Assembly (NCBI RefSeq): GCF_000142905.1
Contig: NW_013657588.1
Coordinates: 1-9,611, forward strand
Length of the DNA stretch: 9,611 nt
Direction: 5' to 3'
Origin: Thecamonas trahens ATCC 50062
Taxonomy: Eukaryota; Protista; Apusomonadida
In this document: one piece after another, positions 1 through 5,811 of the stretch
How the letters are laid out: each line of letters starts with the position of its first letter
Numbering within the stretch: the stretch's first letter is position 1
Translations under genes and position numbers: made by a program
Notes under the pieces: model-generated
Databases searched by the model: none
What the model was told of the DNA's origin: nothing
The model's input: only the letters and a program-made list of their open reading frames with translations

Positions 1-69
1 GCCTCTCTCCTCTTCCCCTCCCCCCCCCCCCCCCAACGCAAGTAGACGACAGAGACGACTGTGCTTGGC

Positions 70-2759
70 ATGTCACGTGAGAGCCGCGGAGGAGGAGAAC
101 GGCGTGGACCGCGTCGTGTGAACCGCCTTCTTTCGTCGTATTATGGTGTTGGAGAAGGAGACCGAGGTGATGGTGGTGGTGGGGATGGACATGGTGGACG
201 GGGGGGTGACCCACTTGATGTCGATGCCAAGGCCTTTGATGCTAAGCAGTATGTCACCTCCTTGCTCAACACCATGACTCTGGACAGGCTGCTGGACAAG
301 AATGATGCTGTTCGTTCAGGTACGTGCTCACGGTCGCAGCAGCGGGGGGTATGGGCAAGGGGACAGGGGGGTAGGGGGAAGGGGGGGGGAGGGAGGTATT
401 GGGGATAGCCACTTTCATCGTCATCGTCATCGCCATGGCCACTGTCATCGCAGTCATCGCCATGGCCACTGTCATCGCAGTCATCGCCATGGCCACTGTC
501 ATCGTCATCGCCATGGCCACCGTCATCGCAGTCATCGCCATGGCCACTGTCATCGCAGTCATCGCCATGGCCACTGTCATCGCAGTCATCGCCATGGCCA
601 CTGTCATCGTCATCGCCATGGCTGCGGCCAAGCACGCCCACACACACACACACACACACACCTCCCACACTCACACACGCACCCTTTCCGAAAACCGCGC
701 AGAGGTATCCGAACTCGACGCAAGCATGCAAGAACTGGTCAACGAGAACTACACAAAGTTCATCACCGCCACAGATACCGTGCAAGAGCTCAAGGGCAAG
801 ATGGAGTCAATGGACACAGAGCTGGCCGGCTTGCAGGAAAAGATGGACCACATCGACGGCCTCTCAAACGCCATCGACGCACAGCTCGCCCCAAACCGCG
901 CAGACATCCACTCGCTGGCCACAGCCTCAGACGGCCTTGCAAAGCTCGTCTTTCTCCTTCGTCTCCCGGCCCGCGTTCGCAAGGCCCTCGACCTCGCCGC
1001 ATACGCCTCCGCCATCTCCAGCTTTGTCCGCTACATGCCCGTCCTCGAGGCCCACGCTGACATGCCGCGCATCGGCGCCGTCCTCGCCGCCATGCGGCTC
1101 CTCGCCGAGGAGACAAAGTCCGCACTCCGCGCTCAACTCGCACGCGCTTCCTCCATGGACGAGCTTGGCTCCGTCATGGACATGCTCATGGACATGGGCG
1201 AGTCTGTCGACAACCTCCGCGCCTCATACCTCGAGAAGCAAAAGGAGGCCCTCGACGCCCGCCTCGAACGCCTCATCGCCTCTCTCCCCGACATTCCTAC
1301 CCGTGAACCCGGCGACCCGCCGCCACTCGCCGCCTACCCGCTGCCCGACGCCCTCGACACCCTCCACTCGGGCTTCCTTCCTCCACTCCTCGAGTTTGCC
1401 GCAGCCTACCGCGCCCTCTTCCTCCACAAGCACAATGCCGCAGGTGCAGGCTCGCACGGCCTCGTCCACGTCGCACGCTCCGTCCTTGTCCCCTTCTTCA
1501 CCACACTCAAGGCCCTCATCTCCCAATATGTGCCCACAGGCGTCCTTCTCGAGGCCCTCGACAAGATCGCAGACGACATGGCCGTCCTCGCCCGCCGCCT
1601 CCCCGAAGCCGCCATCGACGACCGCGTCGACGAAGTCTTCTCAAAGGCACTCCACGCCCACCTGGACGGCGTCTTTTCCAAGCTCCGTGCCTCGCTCCTC
1701 AACGCCGTCGACGCCGCCGCACGCTCACTCGTCCCGCTCACAGACCCGGATGCCTACCGCCCGGCCCTCGACTCCGCCCTCGCCTCCATCTCCGCCGCCC
1801 TCGCCTCCTCGCTCTCCTCGCTCCGCCCGCTCCTTGGAGCCTCACACCCGGGCATCCGCGACAACGTCGCCCTCATCACATCCTCCGCTCAGGTCAACAT
1901 TCAGCAGGCCCTTCTGTTCATCGCCGACGGTGTCCGCTCCCGTGCCGCTGCTGCAGCCTCGTCCTCTGCCCTCGCCGCTCTCGCCGCTCTCGCCACTGCC
2001 CTCGCAGACGACCTGCTGCCCTCCTTTATCGACCGCGTTCTCGCCGTCCTCTCTGTCCCGGTCCACGCTGCCATGCTCGCTGCAAGCCCGCTCGCAGACG
2101 ACCTCCGCGCCACCGCCACCTCGCTCGCTGCCCGCTTTGTCGACATGACCGCCTGGGAGCTCTCACTCCCGTGGCTCGCCGTCGTCGCAGACCCAGCCGC
2201 TGCTCCGTGGCTCGTCACCGACGACGATCCACTCGGCCCCTCGCCGCTCGCCGCTGCCGTCGTCTCGCGCTGCGCTGCTGCCGCTGCCCTCGCCGCTGCC
2301 GCCTTTCCCGACAATGCACCCACTCTGGCCGACCGTGCCGCAGACGGCGAGCTCGTCGACTCGCTCGCCCCCTCGCCCGCCGGCCCCGGCCGCGGTCGCG
2401 CCGCCTCGGACTCGCACCGCCGCGCCGCCTCGGCCTTTGAGTCCATGACCCTCATGTTCGAGGAGACCCTCAAGATCGGCGCCCTCCACCTCGAACTCCG
2501 CGCCTCATCCGTCATGCTCGGCATCCTAGCTCGTTTCACCAAGGCCTGGGTCGAGGTCGTCCGTCAGCTCGCGCTCTCGCGCGGTGCCGTCCGCCAGCTC
2601 CAGCTTGACATCGCTTTGCTCGCCGCCGCTGCCCCGGCCTGGATCGACGACGGCCGCCTCATCGCCGCCCTCTTCCGCGACGTCCAGCTCTCGGCCCAGG
2701 CCCGCTCCCGCGACGCCACCCTCCTCACAGCAGACGACCTCGCCGTTCTCCTCGGCTAG
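70..2759 (+). CDS. VPS51: Vacuolar protein sorting 51 (GARP/EARP tethering complex subunit); two exons, join(70..319,703..2759), 768 aa
   Basis: Exon 1 gives RRVNRLLSSYYG...DPLDVDAKAFDAKQYVTSLL...LDRLLDKNDAVRS. Exon 2 gives EVSELDASMQELVNENYTKFITATDT...LAKLVFLLRLPARVRKAL. Together these match the Vps51 N-terminal signature as recalled from human (LKLYYG...FDPEVY...[22 protein letters not shown]...KLQFLFELP). Splicing G319 to AG703 restores a GAG codon and the frame. Stop TAG at 2757-2759. Confidence 0.93.
432..623 (+). repeat. Intronic minisatellite, unit GCCATGGCCACTGTCATC(GCA)GTCATC; 7 full units (27,27,24,27,27,27,24 bp) plus a partial unit
   Basis: Read directly: units start at 432, 459, 486, 510, 537, 564, 591 and 615, with a degenerate lead-in from about 405. 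Confidence 0.95.
639..660 (+). repeat. (CA)11 microsatellite in the VPS51 intron
   Basis: Direct reading of the sequence. Confidence 0.95.
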
Positions 2760-4382
2760 TTACCCCTCTAGCACGCTCGACGGTGGCAGATAGAGCATCG
2801 TCACCGAAGACACCTGCGGGCCCACAGCAGTGAAGAAAGCATGCGCCAGTGCGGGCACCTTAGTCGCCACATACTCGTCGATCGTCGCAAGCTCCGCCTC
2901 ACTCAGCTCGCCCGACTCTGCCTCGGCCGCAAGCGCGGCCCGCAGCGCAACACTCAGATCCTCGTACCTCGCCGACGCCCGCCCTAACACGTACCGGCTA
3001 AACACTTGCGAGGCCACAACCTTCGCCGGTAGCGCCATTAGCTCCAACGGATCGTCACTCGCAACCCCGTCTGCTGCCAGCCGGATCGGCTCGCCGGCCT
3101 CGCTGCTGCTCTCGCCAGCCTCGGCTGCTTTGACAACCGGCAGCGCGGCCTCGGACCCCACCCACGTCAGTGTCGCCGGGCAGAGCAGCTCAAACGGCTT
3201 GTACTCTCCCTTGTACTGCATCTTGGGGCACGAGTCGACGTAGTACCCGAGATAGTAGTACTTGAGCGACGGCAGGTGCGCAGAGAGCGCCGCTGTCAGT
3301 AGGATCTCCACCTCGGCAGACACCACGCCGAGCGAGAGGTGCGCCTGGTCCGGATCGTAGAAAAAGTACACCGACGAGAGGCACGCCGGGAGCACGTCGA
3401 GGACGGAGACCGCAATCAGCTCCTCGCCCAGCCACCACCGCATGTGGTACGAGCCATACCCGGTCGGCGGCGTCGTACAGAACGAGAGGTAAGGCGGCGG
3501 CCAGGCGGCGCAAAGGGCTGCAAAGCCGGGATGGCTCGACTCGGCATCGCTGCGGATCGGCGACGACACAAGGAACCGCTCAAATGCCGCCTCCGACACC
3601 TCATTTTCCTTCGACCCGTGCACTGCCATCTGGTACTTGCGATAGAGCGCGTGCGTCGGGCCGTGGACCTCGCCATCCCGCGACAGCACAAACTCGAGCC
3701 GCAGCCCGGCAGCCGCCAGTGCTCGTGGCCGCGACGGACACGCCGCCCGCGCAGGCGGCGGAGGCCACACCTCCTCCTCCTCCTCCTCCTCCTCCTCATT
3801 CTCCGCACCTCCAGGACGTGCCGGCCCAGCCACACCCCGCACAAACCTCGCCATCTTCTTCCGCTGCGAGCGTGTAGCAAACACATCGGCCGCACGTGCT
3901 CGGATGGTGTACAGCTTGCAGCACACGTCGGGCGTCACGTGCGGGCGGTAGCAGTAGTACCCCGAGCGCCGCCACCCGCGATCGATCAGCTCCTGGTAGT
4001 CCTCCGCCTCGCACGTCACCGGCCACATCCCATCCTGCATTCGCTTGCTCTCGCCCTCGCCCTCATCCCCATCGTCACTCTGTCCATCATTGCCATTGAC
4101 CACATCGCCGTCATTTCCGCCATTTCCGCCACTATTTCCGTCGTTCCCGCCATTGCCACCATTCCCATCATCCACGTCGTCGCCGTCGTCCCCGTGCCCG
4201 TCGAGCACACCGCCAGCACTCGCCAACTCCTCCTCAACCACCACCATTGCCTCGGGACCATGGTCCTCGCTTCGACGACTTGGCCCGGCAGACGCGGTCT
4301 CAGCATCCTTCGCCTTGCAGTAGCCACACGACGACAGCTCCGCCCCAAAGGGCACAGCAATCATGGCTCGTCGTGATGTCAT
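2760..4382 (-). CDS. ATE1: Arginyl-tRNA--protein transferase 1 (N-degron pathway), about 540 aa, apparently single coding exon
   Basis: ATE_N motifs CGYC, YQELIDRGWRRSG.Y.Y.P and CC..YTIR. ATE_C motifs LYRKYQMAVH, FERFLVSSP, GYGSYH, LIAVSVLDVLP.CLSSVYFFYDPD...LSLG and YYYLGYYVDSCPKMQYK..YKP.ELLCP. The first ATG is at 4382 (GGCATGA), shortly before CGYC as in other ATE1 proteins. The ORF-track start at 4511 is GTG. Confidence 0.95.
   Translation of the reverse strand: MTSRRAMIAVPFGAELSSCGYCKAKDAETASAGPSRRSEDHGPEAMVVVEEELASAGGVLDGHGDDGDDVDDGNGGNGGNDGNSGGNGGNDGDVVNGNDGQSDDGDEGEGESKRMQDGMWPVTCEAEDYQELIDRGWRRSGYYCYRPHVTPDVCCKLYTIRARAADVFATRSQRKKMARFVRGVAGPARPGGAENEEEEEEEEEVWPPPPARAACPSRPRALAAAGLRLEFVLSRDGEVHGPTHALYRKYQMAVHGSKENEVSEAAFERFLVSSPIRSDAESSHPGFAALCAAWPPPYLSFCTTPPTGYGSYHMRWWLGEELIAVSVLDVLPACLSSVYFFYDPDQAHLSLGVVSAEVEILLTAALSAHLPSLKYYYLGYYVDSCPKMQYKGEYKPFELLCPATLTWVGSEAALPVVKAAEAGESSSEAGEPIRLAADGVASDDPLELMALPAKVVASQVFSRYVLGRASARYEDLSVALRAALAAEAESGELSEAELATIDEYVATKVPALAHAFFTAVGPQVSSVTMLYLPPSSVLEG
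3771..3797 (-). repeat. (GAG)9 trinucleotide repeat encoding poly-Glu in the ATE1 linker
   Basis: (CTC)9 on the + strand; translates as E9 in the ATE1 frame. Confidence 0.9.
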
Positions 4383-4593
4383 GCCTCCCTCTCTCGCACA
4401 GTCGACTGTCTGCCGTAGTCGTCGTACCGAGAGCGTACCTGTGCCCGCACCCCAATAATGCTGCTCACCCAGCTTGGGCGAGAGAGACTGACCGAACTCG
4501 GCACTCGGCACTCCATCCTTACCTCACAATCAGCCCGATCGACACCATCTCTTCCCACACAAATCGGATTCACCTGCCCATCCTTCCTCTGCT

Positions 4594-5100
4594 ATGACCA
4601 TCGGCGGTGATGATGTCGTCGAGCTGGCGTCCGTACCCACAAGCAATACCACCGCGATCATGGTCCTTCTCATCATGGCCGCGAGCGCGGTGGCGCTTGT
4701 GCCCAGTGTAACGCGTCTACACAGGCTCGCCTCCAGCCTGCTTGTCGAGCGCTACCTCGCCGTCCCGCCTCAGATCTGCCCATGATGACCGCTCGCGGTG
4801 GAATGACTTGGCCTGGTGCGCCGCATCAAGGGGTGCGAGGAACTCTCCAACTGAGCGGTACCGCAGGATGTCGATGCGTTGATGTTCTTGAGCTCGACTG
4901 TCATCACATTCAACCGATTCCTCTACCGCTCGGTCGGAAGAAGCTCGTCGAGCTTGCACTCGCGGTAAACCATGGCGTCGCAAAACCTTGGCAATGTGAT
5001 CGGACGGGCTATTCTTTTCTATGTGTGTTGCAGATTGATGCCTGCCTCGGACTTTGGCATCGGCTCGTCTGCCGCCCGTTCACTCAACGCCGGTAGGCGG
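4594..5100 (+). pseudogene. Possible degraded gene or small membrane protein of unknown family
   Basis: ATG at 4594 follows a C/A-rich leader. Codons are coding-like (gtc gtc gag ctg gcg; ctt gtc gag cgc tac ctc gcc; ctg gtg cgc cgc atc aag), with a hydrophobic segment TAIMVLLIMAASAVALVP. The frame continues through TGA at 4783, 4786, 4804 and 4852 to TAA at 4966, with probable frameshifts beyond. No family recognised. Confidence 0.35.
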
Positions 5101-5151
5101 CCGGGCATATCTGTCTCGTTTGGGAGATACAGCACACATCAAGACACCTCG

Positions 5152-5369
5152 TGCACATGGATAGATAGCACGTGGTTGGAAGATGGTAGAGATGTGGCTT
5201 TTGGTTTGTGTATGTCTGAGATGATCAATACGATGAGAAGATGGTGTTCCATGGAACACCATCTTTGCTCTGTTGGCTGATCACTTGTCGATCGCAAGCA
5301 AACTATCCACACAACCGGCTCACAATCCACAAGCCCGTACTTTCCATCTTTTGCACATGTACAGATAGC
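5152..5369 (+). repeat. 18-bp imperfect direct repeat pair at 5152-5169 and 5352-5369
   Basis: TGCACATGGATAGATAGC versus TGCACATGTACAGATAGC, 16/18 identical, offset by exactly 200 bp. Confidence 0.85.
5238..5265. repeat. Perfect 28-bp palindrome AAGATGGTGTTCCA|TGGAACACCATCTT
   Basis: The two 14-bp arms are exact reverse complements with no spacer; checked base by base. Confidence 0.97.
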
Positions 5370-5479
5370 CCATTACATTCTCTATAACACACGATCCTTC
5401 GATTCTCCATACACCCACTCTACGTCACATTATCAGCCGATAACCCGTGTACACCATCGAGATGCCCACCACCCAACAT

Positions 5480-5811
5480 CAAACCGCCCCCATCCACCAT
5501 CCATCGCCCTAGCTCCCTCCTCCCTCCTCCCTCCCTCCTTCTCACGACCTGTACCCCACACAGTCACACACATCCTCCCCCCCCCCCCCCTACTACCCGA
5601 TTGGAGGCACCCAGCTGTGGCGATATCCAGCTTGCAGTCCCTAAAAAAAAAAGCAAGAGTGTGACACGCACCTCCCGTCCCCCCCCCCCCCCTCTTCCTC
5701 GGCCTGGCCGAAGGCGACTCTAGTTGCACCCAACTGGCGAGTGAGGCGAGCTCGTCGACGGGCACTTGGCTTACGAGAAGGAGAGGAAGGGCGAGAACAA
5801 GGCGGGGAAGA
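5480..5811 (+). promoter_or_regulatory. C-rich putative promoter/5' region of the SUZ12-like gene (C14 tracts at 5577-5590 and 5679-5692, A10 at 5643-5652)
   Basis: Homopolymer tracts are read directly. The promoter role is inferred from position and from similar C-rich sequence upstream of VPS51 and ZNF622. Confidence 0.4.

Larger units (their letters stand above)
320..702 (+). other. Spliceosomal intron of VPS51 (383 nt, phase 1)
   Basis: Donor CAG|GTACGT at 320, branch-like CTCAC at 670-674, acceptor CGCAG| at 702. Low-complexity content. Removal joins two halves of the Vps51 domain in frame; retention meets TAG at 406-408. Confidence 0.9.

Noticed and set aside
432-623. Repeat array as a CRISPR array
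   Set aside because: The units are head-to-tail with no unique spacers, there are no cas genes, and the context is a eukaryotic intron.
399-702. N-terminal 101 aa of the 786-aa ORF (IAMATVIAV repeats, HTHT) as the normal VPS51 N-terminus
   Set aside because: It lies within a well-supported intron; the conserved N-terminus is in exon 70-319.
141-1060. Repeat-derived ORFs (SGHGDDCDD, AMAMTAMTV and His-rich HRHGHC frames) as metal-binding proteins
   Set aside because: They are stop-free only because of the tandem repeat and overlap VPS51; there is no independent support.
937-2148. 403-aa Ser/Pro/Thr-rich ORF and other alternate-frame ORFs inside VPS51
   Set aside because: Shadow ORFs produced by strong C-ending codon bias.
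3339-4376. Long antisense ORFs over ATE1 (likewise 6862-7950 over SUZ12 and 8205-9056 over ZNF622)
   Set aside because: Typical antisense shadows in high-GC coding DNA, with no recognisable motifs.
4383-4511. 43-aa N-terminal extension of ATE1 from the ORF track
   Set aside because: It starts at GTG, has no ATE1 similarity, and a good ATG exists at 4382.
5233-5269. Canonical SECIS element
   Set aside because: The 3' side of the core is UGCU rather than NGAN and the apex can pair fully; kept only as a near-miss within the hairpin finding.
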